Notes under the pieces: generated by a model
What the model was told of the DNA's origin: nothing
The model's database searches: none
What the model saw: the letters and a program-made list of their open reading frames with translations, nothing else
Position numbers and translations under genes: made by a program
Origin: a virus
Taxonomy: Duplodnaviria > Caudoviricetes
Reading direction: 5' to 3' (one strand)
IMG/VR virus record: IMGVR_UViG_3300025751_002411
Location: 1-33,720 of that record
DNA: 33,720 bases
In this document: piece by piece, positions 1 to 7,708 of the stretch
Position numbering within the stretch: the stretch's first letter is position 1
Layout of the letters: every line of letters starts with the position of its first letter

Positions 1-440
1 TTAGTGTTTTTAAATTCATCTAATATCCAACTGCTTGAATTCTTTTTATCATCGCCACCTACCCCAAATTTAAATTCTACTTGAGGATCATCACCATACA
101 TTACCAGTTCTGGAATATTTTTAACACTACGATCACCACCGTTAGCAAATATAATTTTACAGTCATTACCAAAAATTTCTTTGCACTTGAATATTGCACC
201 TCCGGCTCCATCGTCCGAATCATCAAAATCAATAGCACCACTTACCATACGTAAACTTGTGATGATTGCAACACGTTCTTTGAATGGCATGAATGGTTTA
301 CCTTTTTTACGTGTTAACCAAGCATCCGAATTAAGTCCTACTATTAGTTCATCACCGAGTTTTGCCGCGGCTTCAAAATAGGCAATATGTCCTGAGTGTA
401 GTGGATCAAAGCCACCTGTTACCAATACGATTGTTTTCAT
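1..440 (-). CDS. HIGH-motif nucleotidyltransferase (cytidylyltransferase-like, TagD/RfaE domain II type); 3' end truncated by window edge
   Basis: Not in ORF track; hand translation from ATG at 440: MKTIVLVTGGFDPLHSGHIAYFEAAAKLGDELIVGLNSDAWLTRKKGKPFMPFKER...FANGGDR...KNSSSWIL; GGFDPLHxGH, VGLNSD and ER motifs; frame open to base 1. Confidence 0.88.
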   Translation of the reverse strand, partial: MKTIVLVTGGFDPLHSGHIAYFEAAAKLGDELIVGLNSDAWLTRKKGKPFMPFKERVAIITSLRMVSGAIDFDDSDDGAGGAIFKCKEIFGNDCKIIFANGGDRSVKNIPELVMYGDDPQVEFKFGVGGDDKKNSSSWILDEFKNT

Positions 441-445
441 ATTGA

Positions 446-451
446 TATTTA
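446..451 (-). promoter_or_regulatory. T4-type late promoter core TAAATA, 5 nt upstream of ATG (probable leaderless start)
   Basis: Minus strand CATAAATA-TCAAT-ATG; same geometry at six other genes. Confidence 0.65.
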
Positions 452-475
452 TGTGCGTATATTTTAGGAATAAAT

Positions 476-1261
476 TTATCTGGCAAACTTGGTTTTATTA
501 AACACACGTTGCCAATAATCTTCATCACAGTAATGTAAATTAGGACAAGACTTAAAACGTTCATTGTATTGAGGATCTACTACACCAATGAATATTTGTC
601 TAGGAGGTCCAAGAGGATCACCTCTATCTGTATAATAAACATCTGTAAACCCAGCATCTTTTAACCAACTATTATAACAAGCAGAAGTTGCTCCGGTCCA
701 ATTTGATATAGGTCCTAATTCTTTTGTCCTATAAAATTTAGTTTCTGCTACTTCTTGATCTGGATTATATGCGTCAACAAATGTTTCGAATATAAAAAAT
801 CCTTTGCAACATTTTCTCATATTATCAATAGCAAGTAGCGGATGTCTTAAATGATACATTAATCCGTGTGCAAATATAATATCAAACTCTCCGTTTGCTT
901 GATATATACTTTCTTTTTTGTATACAATTTTGCTGTTTAGATTTTTATAATGATAATCAAAAACTTTTTTACCACCGCGGTTAGCATTTAATGTATTAAT
1001 CCATTCCCAATCTTTTTCAGCACCCCAATCATAATCTTCACCACGTTCAACATCACTTGCTTCTACATAATCTGCTCCGTTCATTTCTGCCCAAAATGCC
1101 CACCAGCCTTCGTCAGTTGCTACGTCAAGAACACGCTTTCCTTTAAAGTTTAGATCAGTAATGTTAACATAATCAGTCCAAACTTTAAAATCTTTTCTAG
1201 CATTTATGGTTGTACCATCGGGGTACGTAATTTTCATTCTGAATTTTTTTGGTGTTTCCAT
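476..1261 (-). CDS. Class I SAM-dependent methyltransferase (CmoB/DUF1698-like)
   Basis: FKGKRVLDVATDEGWWAF motif I, FDIIFAHGLMYHLRHPLLAI; ATG at 1261 overlaps the upstream stop (TGATG), preferred over TTG at 1270. Confidence 0.8.
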   Translation of the reverse strand: METPKKFRMKITYPDGTTINARKDFKVWTDYVNITDLNFKGKRVLDVATDEGWWAFWAEMNGADYVEASDVERGEDYDWGAEKDWEWINTLNANRGGKKVFDYHYKNLNSKIVYKKESIYQANGEFDIIFAHGLMYHLRHPLLAIDNMRKCCKGFFIFETFVDAYNPDQEVAETKFYRTKELGPISNWTGATSACYNSWLKDAGFTDVYYTDRGDPLGPPRQIFIGVVDPQYNERFKSCPNLHYCDEDYWQRVFNKTKFAR

Positions 1262-1779
1262 CAATTGCAAACCTTTATATGTTTAAAATTAGTTATTATA
1301 TATTTCTTTTCTAAATTCCAATCGTGGGGTTGATAGTCAGTATCTGTATAATACCAAGTAGGAGTTTCTCGCCAATCAAACCCGTATATAGTAATAGACT
1401 TTGGGTTACAGTTGTTTATATAATCTAATACCATTAGTCCACTGCTTGGTTTTTCATGTCCTAAATTTAATCGTAAATTATTAAGGAGATCCATAGGCAA
1501 ATAAAAATCTATTTTAGGATGTGGAGTTTTAGGTCTTTTATGACTCAAATGAAAATTTTTACAAGATATTTTATCAAAAAGATCTTCAACAGTTTTATGA
1601 TGACCAATTGCCCAATAATCAGTCCTGCTTCCTTGGTGTTCTTGATCTTTTATAATTACGCTTCGATTTATTCTTACTATAACTTCGTGCTGATCAATTG
1701 TTTTACCATATCCTTGATCAAACAATGATTCTGCACCGCCTATTATAGCAACATCTTTATTTTTAAACCATTCCAACAT
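1261..1779 (-). CDS. Glycosyltransferase family 29 (sialyltransferase-like), minimal catalytic domain
   Basis: Sialylmotif L-like VAIIGGAESL..GYGKTIDQHEVIVRIN..GSRTD, motif S-like PSSGLMVL..C..ITIYGFD, motif VS-like HDWNLE (HxxxxE). Confidence 0.78.
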   Translation of the reverse strand: MLEWFKNKDVAIIGGAESLFDQGYGKTIDQHEVIVRINRSVIIKDQEHQGSRTDYWAIGHHKTVEDLFDKISCKNFHLSHKRPKTPHPKIDFYLPMDLLNNLRLNLGHEKPSSGLMVLDYINNCNPKSITIYGFDWRETPTWYYTDTDYQPHDWNLEKKYIITNFKHIKVCN

Positions 1780-2599
1780 ACTTTAATAGTTCCGGGGATC
1801 TTTGTCCGGCCATATACTTGAATAATTTTTTATATTCAGATTGATATTGATCAATATTATTTACTGCATTAATTATTTCTTCTTTTGAACAACCAAAGGG
1901 TAAAACAGGTATGTTTACATCAGCAGTTTCAAAAAGTCCTTGATTTTTATGTGTGTTACCTTCTATTACAATAAAAGGACATCCTGCTTTACATGCGGCA
2001 TACATTTCATGATGACGACCTGTAACAAGCAACTTTGAATTTTTTAGTTGTGAAACAATATCATTCCACGATTGTGTGAATATGTCAATGTACCCATCTT
2101 CACCTATATCTTTAATTTTAGGCTTTTTTGGTTTAACATTAGGCACATTCATTTTATTACCTGCTACTAGATTTTTATATTCTTTTACAGTAAATCCAAC
2201 GGGAACAAACCAACTATAGTCTAAATGAACATCAACAGATAACCCTGTTTGTTGATAAATTTCATACTTTGATTTAATTTCTCTAACACTAATATAACTT
2301 ATGTTTAATAGTTTTTCTGCTAGTTCTTTGTCGTTATTCTGCCATACTGTGTTAACTAGCATGGATTTTTTTGCTTGTAGCAACAAGTCTAAAATCTTGT
2401 TTGCTTTTTCACTATTATGATGCATTGTGCCTTCACCATTGGCAACAACTAAATCATAATCCTTTACATCTAAATCTAAATTATCCGCAATAACTAACTT
2501 ATGATTAGCAAAATAATTTCTATAGAAATCAATTACAGTCTTACAACCACTGTGATAATTTTCCGTATTGTTAAGAAGTAGTATGTTATATTGACGCAT
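1763..2599 (-). CDS. Polysaccharide pyruvyltransferase family protein
   Basis: HSGC near N-terminus, NGEGTMHH, ISVREIKS, and LLVTGRHHEMYAACKAGCPF resembling the T.R.H...A...G.P signature. Confidence 0.7.
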   Translation of the reverse strand: MRQYNILLLNNTENYHSGCKTVIDFYRNYFANHKLVIADNLDLDVKDYDLVVANGEGTMHHNSEKANKILDLLLQAKKSMLVNTVWQNNDKELAEKLLNISYISVREIKSKYEIYQQTGLSVDVHLDYSWFVPVGFTVKEYKNLVAGNKMNVPNVKPKKPKIKDIGEDGYIDIFTQSWNDIVSQLKNSKLLVTGRHHEMYAACKAGCPFIVIEGNTHKNQGLFETADVNIPVLPFGCSKEEIINAVNNIDQYQSEYKKLFKYMAGQRSPELLKYVGMV

Positions 2600-3044
2600 C
2601 TTCCATTCCTGCTACACGTAACTTAGTAATATTAGTTATTTGCCATTGCTTTTGATCTAAGCCTTTCATGACACCTAACCATTTGTTACGTAGCAGTGCA
2701 AACTCGTTGATAATTTTTTCAAAGTCAACAACGTCTGCCTCACCGTCGACGTATTTTTCTACGTCACGGCTGGATAATGCTCGTTGATAGTTTTCTAGAT
2801 ATTGTTTGAAGAACTTGCTTCTAGTTCTTCGTAATTCGATATTAAGGTATTCTAGAATTGCCTCAATTTCTTGCAACTGTCCAAAGCGTTCTTCGACAAC
2901 ACCCGGTAAAGATGCCGCGGATTTTTCTAGATTTCCAAACAATCTAGTTTGCTTACGTGCTTCTTCCAGTTCATTTTCGTACCATACGATTGCATCTGGA
3001 ATGTTAGCAATATCTTGAGTAACTCTAGAATACCAATTAATCAT
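2586..3044 (-). CDS. uvsY: UvsY-like recombination mediator protein
   Basis: 152 aa helical protein, RALSSRDVEKYVDGEADV..NKWLGVMKGLDQKQWQITNITKLRVAGME; lies next to uvsX and gp32. Confidence 0.8.
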   Translation of the reverse strand: MINWYSRVTQDIANIPDAIVWYENELEEARKQTRLFGNLEKSAASLPGVVEERFGQLQEIEAILEYLNIELRRTRSKFFKQYLENYQRALSSRDVEKYVDGEADVVDFEKIINEFALLRNKWLGVMKGLDQKQWQITNITKLRVAGMEDASI

Positions 3045-3302
3045 TTAGTCCCAATCTTCGTCATCGCTGGAATAATCTTCTTCCCATTCGTCATCGTCAG
3101 AATTATATCCTTTTTTACCTTGAATGTCTTCTACCGCTTCTTGTAGATACGGGTCCTCACTTCCAACAGCATAAAGTGTATCTTCATCGACGCCGTTATC
3201 TTGGCACCATTTAACAAACTGCATTGCTAGTTGTTCTTTGTTAGCCTTTGGGACATACTCACTAAAGATATCCCAAAGGTCAATTAGTTGGTCTTCACTC
3301 AT
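3045..3302 (-). CDS. Small acidic hypothetical protein
   Basis: Fills the gap between uvsX and uvsY; probable start MSEDQLIDLW at 3302 overlapping the uvsX stop; acidic tail DDDEWEEDYSSDDEDWD. Confidence 0.7.
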   Translation of the reverse strand: MSEDQLIDLWDIFSEYVPKANKEQLAMQFVKWCQDNGVDEDTLYAVGSEDPYLQEAVEDIQGKKGYNSDDDEWEEDYSSDDEDWD

Positions 3303-4404
3303 CTCCGTCACTTGATTTTTCCTCGTTAGTTGTACTAGCAGATTCATCCTCTACGGGCGTTTCTGCCTCTTCGTACTTATGCCTAATCTTGGAAAAGTCC
3401 TCCATAATGATTTCTAATTTTTCACCTGTCCAATCTTTACGATATTCTAGGATTTCTTCATTACGACTGTTGACAAATTTAAGTCTGTTACCTTGTTGTT
3501 TTAGAATTCCTTGTTTTTCAAACAAGTCTACTAAACCACTGTAAGGATCCATACCAGTTTCGTATGGAATCTTAACCTGTACGCCTTCAAAAGGTTTAGC
3601 GTAACGTGTTTTCATAACCTTACAAGCGGCTCTGATACCACGCACATCTGTTACCTTTTTACCATCTTCATCTTCTTTTAGTTTCAATTTTTTCATTGCT
3701 ACTACAATTGATGAAGCGTACACAAAACCCTGTCCGCCGGAAATTTTATCATCCGGATCAAACATATCCTGTGAAGCGTATGTGTGGTTAGTACATACCA
3801 TACCTACATTGTAACTACCAAACATGTTCACACAGTTACGTACAAGTGCTGTCAGTGCCTTAGGCTTACGACCCATGTCACCTTTCAAATCACCCTTACC
3901 AAACTGATCAACATCTGTTGGAGTTAACAACATACCAAGCGAGTCAATCACAAACAGTACCTTAGGTCTGTCTGCAGGATCTACAGTATCATAATCTGTT
4001 CTGTAATCCTTCATAAACTCACTAATAGTTTTTGCTACATCGTCGATCATACTCATCGACAAACGTAGAAGTTTATCTTCTGCTGTGTCAACACCTAGTG
4101 CTTTAAGCCACTTTTCATCAAGTGCGTTCTCTGAGTCAACTAGGACTACAAAGATGCCTTGATCTTGTGCCGCTTTCACAATGTTACCACTTGCAAAATA
4201 AGATTTACCTGCACCGGATTCGCCAGCAAACACCGTTACCTTACCTAAGGGGATTCCTTTGTGGAAGTCCCCAGAGATAAGATAGTTAAGTGCGTAATTG
4301 CCGGTCGAAACCCAGTCAGTAGGATCGTTAAAACCTACACCTAGGCCTGTAATGCTCTTGGTAAGATTCTTACGAAATTTACTAACGTCGAATGGTTTCG
4401 CCAT
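3295..4404 (-). CDS. uvsX: UvsX/RecA-like recombinase
   Basis: STGNYALN, Walker A GESGAGKS, VDSENA, Walker B FVIDSLG, NHTY, SGGQG; AAGGAG RBS. Confidence 0.95.
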   Translation of the reverse strand: MAKPFDVSKFRKNLTKSITGLGVGFNDPTDWVSTGNYALNYLISGDFHKGIPLGKVTVFAGESGAGKSYFASGNIVKAAQDQGIFVVLVDSENALDEKWLKALGVDTAEDKLLRLSMSMIDDVAKTISEFMKDYRTDYDTVDPADRPKVLFVIDSLGMLLTPTDVDQFGKGDLKGDMGRKPKALTALVRNCVNMFGSYNVGMVCTNHTYASQDMFDPDDKISGGQGFVYASSIVVAMKKLKLKEDEDGKKVTDVRGIRAACKVMKTRYAKPFEGVQVKIPYETGMDPYSGLVDLFEKQGILKQQGNRLKFVNSRNEEILEYRKDWTGEKLEIIMEDFSKIRHKYEEAETPVEDESASTTNEEKSSDGDE

Positions 4405-4416
4405 GATTACTCCTTA

Positions 4417-5403
4417 TTAAGATTGACGGTTGCGGATCATTGCTAAAATATCATTAGCACGTTCGCTACTTGGTTTATCTTCACTTGCACTTGCAGTAGT
4501 TGCCGCTGGAGCAGGTTGTGCTACAGTTTCTGCTACTGGTTCAGGTGCTGGAGTAGGAGCAGGTGTTGCCGCTGGTGCTGATGCACTCTTGTTCGGATCA
4601 CCAGTTGGAGCACTCATGCCTGGAGCACGAAAGTACTGACCAAAACGCTCTGGATCATATGCTTCACCATTAACAGATGCTTCAAACATTTCTTGGATAA
4701 CTTTAACTTCAACGTCCGAAGGTTTCTTAGGTAAAAAGTCGTTTAAGTTATACATTCCGTGTGCATCGATTGCCGCTTTCTCTTCATCAGTTAAAGCACG
4801 CTCTCTACGTGACCACTGTGAAGTTGAATAGTCTGCATATCCACCTTTAGATGTTTTCTTAATACGGAAGTCAACACCTCTTACAAAGTCTGTAGGAAGT
4901 TCTTCCATTTCAGGATCCATCAAAGCACCTTTAATGATTTGGAAAATTTGTGGACCAATAATAAAACGTCTAATTGGATTCTCTGGAGTTGAATCTTCAC
5001 TAATTGGACTTTCAACTACAAAGCCTTGGAAAATATATGAACGTTTTTTCCAGTACTTACGACCTTGGTCTTCTAGTGCTGGATCTTTAAACCAACCACG
5101 TACTTCTTGTAGTACAGGGCATGATTCTCCATACATTTCCATACATGGAACGTTAACTGTCACTGGACGTGAATCAGTTTGTCCTTTGATTCCCGCAAAA
5201 GGAAGTTTGATCATTAAACGCTCTTTCCAAAAGAAAGTTGCATTTGGATCAGAGTCTGGCAAGAATCGAAGCACTGCTTCAGTTCCTTCTGCCATATTCC
5301 AATGTGGGTAAATTGCGTTATCGCCGCCGCTTGATTGAGTGTTGCCACCCGTTTTGTTTTCTTGTTCGCGTAATTTTGCACGAATTTCTGCTAATGTTGC
5401 CAT
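4417..5403 (-). CDS. gp32: T4 gp32-like single-stranded DNA-binding protein
   Basis: LRFLP, C..YGESCPV, YWKKRSY, GVDFRIKK..GGYADYSTSQW, Ala/Pro linker and DILAMIR tail; AGGAGG RBS. Confidence 0.9.
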   Translation of the reverse strand: MATLAEIRAKLREQENKTGGNTQSSGGDNAIYPHWNMAEGTEAVLRFLPDSDPNATFFWKERLMIKLPFAGIKGQTDSRPVTVNVPCMEMYGESCPVLQEVRGWFKDPALEDQGRKYWKKRSYIFQGFVVESPISEDSTPENPIRRFIIGPQIFQIIKGALMDPEMEELPTDFVRGVDFRIKKTSKGGYADYSTSQWSRRERALTDEEKAAIDAHGMYNLNDFLPKKPSDVEVKVIQEMFEASVNGEAYDPERFGQYFRAPGMSAPTGDPNKSASAPAATPAPTPAPEPVAETVAQPAPAATTASASEDKPSSERANDILAMIRNRQS

Positions 5404-5469
5404 AATTTAAGCCTCCTATGTTTTGCCTTTATGTGCCTGTTGTAGATAGTTTCTAACAACATATCTACT

Positions 5470-5498
5470 ATTATATTTAGTTTTCCTCTAAAGGTCAA
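5470..5498 (-). promoter_or_regulatory. Sigma70-type promoter upstream of gp32, with overlapping TAAATA late-type element
   Basis: Minus strand TTGACC-17 nt-TATAAT (5498-5493; 5475-5470); CTAAATA overlaps the -10. Confidence 0.8.
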
Positions 5499-5513
5499 CT
5501 AAAATTTCTGAAT

Positions 5514-7694
5514 TTATTTAAGTAATTTTGCCAATTTGTCTTTGATGTAGTCTAATTCTTCGTTTGTTCTCATTAACGCTTTTTCTACACTAGGGTGTTT
5601 GGACAATCCTTTAGCAATCTTTTCGATTGTAGCAACTGCTCCAGAATAGTTACCGCCCTTGTATCTAGGATCATTTAGTACACCGAATGCCATTTTGATT
5701 TCTTTATCTGAGAAACCTTTGTTGTCTTTTTCCTCTTGGCCTTCGTCAGTCTTGCTCATAGCCTTACGTACTTCATCAGCGGACATGTTTAGTTCTTTGG
5801 CTATTTCTTCATCGCTGTGACCTTTGGCTTTAAGACTGTGCATATACTTAATGCTACCTTCTTCTACATCTTGATCGTCTTCAACTTGTACTTCCTTACC
5901 TGTTAGTTTGGATACAAATTTTTCGACTAGATCCCCTACGGAATCGCCAAAACGCTTACGAGCGGAAATAACTACGCCTGTTTCACCTTTTGGAAACGCT
6001 CCAGTTTCTTTATCATAGAATGAGCGGACAAACTCGATAATATCTTCTGTTGATGCTTTTTCATCTTTAGGCTCTTCGTCTTTCGGGCCTGCTAATTTCA
6101 TAGCACCGTCTTTGTCAATAGTAACATCAGTTGTATCGTCTTCCATTTTCATATCACCGAAGTTTATTTTATCTAATGCTTCAGGATCATTCTTTTGAAT
6201 GTATCTGTAAATGGAAGGTCTAGCACATGCATCAGCATCACTGTCTGCTAGACTTTTTAGTTCGTCCATAAGTTCCTGATCGTCAATTATACCTTTAAGG
6301 CTTTCAATTGCGTTGGTAGCATCAGGACCTACTGGAAAATTCTTACCTACTAATTTGTTTAGTAAAGCAATACGTTGTTTGTCTAAGGTTTCGTCAATAA
6401 CAGAGTCTGCCCAGTCTTCGAATTCTTCTTCTGGTGAATGGATTTCTTTTTGACTCATTTTATCATCGTAATCGTCTTGTGCGGCATCTATTGCGTATTC
6501 GTGGTCTGGACCATCTGGTTGAACAACAGCAGTTGCTAGTTCGTTATCTAGTTTATTGTTGCCGTCACCTTCTGCTTCACCTCTTAATGAGTTAGGATCT
6601 ACTTTTCCGTTAACTACTTTGTAGTAAAGATATCCCATACCTGTTTCGCCATCGTCGCCTGTAAATTCAAATTCAGTTTCGTGTTCTTCATCGTCATGTG
6701 ACTCGCTTACAACATCATCTAGATTTAATGTTGTTTCAGCAATGCGTTTTTTGTAAATGCTGTGTAGCAAAGGGAACATGTCTTTTAATTCTTCGTTAAA
6801 TTGTGGAATAGTAAATGCATTAGTAAGTTCGTCTACAACGTCTTTTCCTAATTCAGAGTCACCACTCTCTGTAACGCTATAATTTTCTTTTGTGTCTAAG
6901 TAGTATTGTTGTCCTTGCAACTTCTTAATATGATTTCTTAAGTTCTCAAGTTCAATGTTAGAGCCTTCAATAATGTCATTTGAAGTTGTGTTCATGAAGT
7001 CTTTCTTACCTACGTATCTCTTAAACGCAGTAAGTTTTGCAATGTTTCCAGAAGTTTCAATAATGTGTTTACCAAAGTCGTCATGAGGAAGACCACCGTT
7101 AGCAACGTGACGTGCCATTGCTCTGGCACCTGCTAAATGAGCATAAGGATATTTAAAACGCTCGCCTGATTCGTTTTCAATAAACAGTGAACTAATATGT
7201 CTTGTTCTAGCACCAACTTGCTCTGGTGTAATTTCTTTTTTGTGTCTAATAATAAGTTTTGTTTTGTCTAGTTCCTCATAACTAGATTTAGTTGTTCCGT
7301 ACATTGTTGACTCCTGAACTTGTTTATTTGCCAAGTATTGATAATCTCTTTTATCTAGATTAGACTTTGCTATATCACGTGTATCAAACGACATCATATG
7401 CTTTTTAGCAAAAAATCTCATCTCTTTTAAAAAGGCATACCATTCGTTTTCAACAGGCTCTGGCAAATTTTCAAGCATGTTTTGACTGTAATACACCTTA
7501 AGAGCGTCTTGCTCATTAATACTTATGCTAACAGCACCTTGATTTTCACCGTTTACTACCCAGTCAAAATCAAAGAATCTTGCTTGGCTTTCGTTTGATG
7601 TTGGAGCACCACTCTCGTCTCCCATCACAATTTTAGGAAAACGTCCGCGTATTTTTTCAAATAATGACTTTGATATATTGTCTAATCCGTTCAT
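5514..7694 (-). CDS. Large acidic hypothetical protein, probably head-associated; short HTH-like segment near C-terminus
   Basis: 726-aa ORF downstream of terminase; late-promoter motif 5 nt before ATG; KGHSDEEIAKELNMSADEVRKAM HTH-like; function is inference. Confidence 0.6.
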   Translation of the reverse strand: MNGLDNISKSLFEKIRGRFPKIVMGDESGAPTSNESQARFFDFDWVVNGENQGAVSISINEQDALKVYYSQNMLENLPEPVENEWYAFLKEMRFFAKKHMMSFDTRDIAKSNLDKRDYQYLANKQVQESTMYGTTKSSYEELDKTKLIIRHKKEITPEQVGARTRHISSLFIENESGERFKYPYAHLAGARAMARHVANGGLPHDDFGKHIIETSGNIAKLTAFKRYVGKKDFMNTTSNDIIEGSNIELENLRNHIKKLQGQQYYLDTKENYSVTESGDSELGKDVVDELTNAFTIPQFNEELKDMFPLLHSIYKKRIAETTLNLDDVVSESHDDEEHETEFEFTGDDGETGMGYLYYKVVNGKVDPNSLRGEAEGDGNNKLDNELATAVVQPDGPDHEYAIDAAQDDYDDKMSQKEIHSPEEEFEDWADSVIDETLDKQRIALLNKLVGKNFPVGPDATNAIESLKGIIDDQELMDELKSLADSDADACARPSIYRYIQKNDPEALDKINFGDMKMEDDTTDVTIDKDGAMKLAGPKDEEPKDEKASTEDIIEFVRSFYDKETGAFPKGETGVVISARKRFGDSVGDLVEKFVSKLTGKEVQVEDDQDVEEGSIKYMHSLKAKGHSDEEIAKELNMSADEVRKAMSKTDEGQEEKDNKGFSDKEIKMAFGVLNDPRYKGGNYSGAVATIEKIAKGLSKHPSVEKALMRTNEELDYIKDKLAKLLK

Positions 7695-7699
7695 ATTGT

Positions 7700-7705
7700 T
7701 ATTTA
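7700..7705 (-). promoter_or_regulatory. Late promoter core TAAATA 5 nt before ATG
   Basis: CATAAATA-ACAAT-ATG. Confidence 0.65.
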
Positions 7706-7708
7706 TGC

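Noticed and set aside
181-381. Plus-strand 66-aa ORF
   Set aside because: Antisense shadow of the nucleotidyltransferase gene
4430-5311. Plus-strand ORFs including an Ala/Gly-rich, signal-peptide-looking 69-aa ORF
   Set aside because: Antisense to gp32; composition mirrors its Ala/Pro linker
5438-5468. Classical H-type pseudoknot call for the gp32 leader
   Set aside because: Full-length stems leave essentially zero-length loops 1 and 3, so geometry is not classical; kept only as competing pairings
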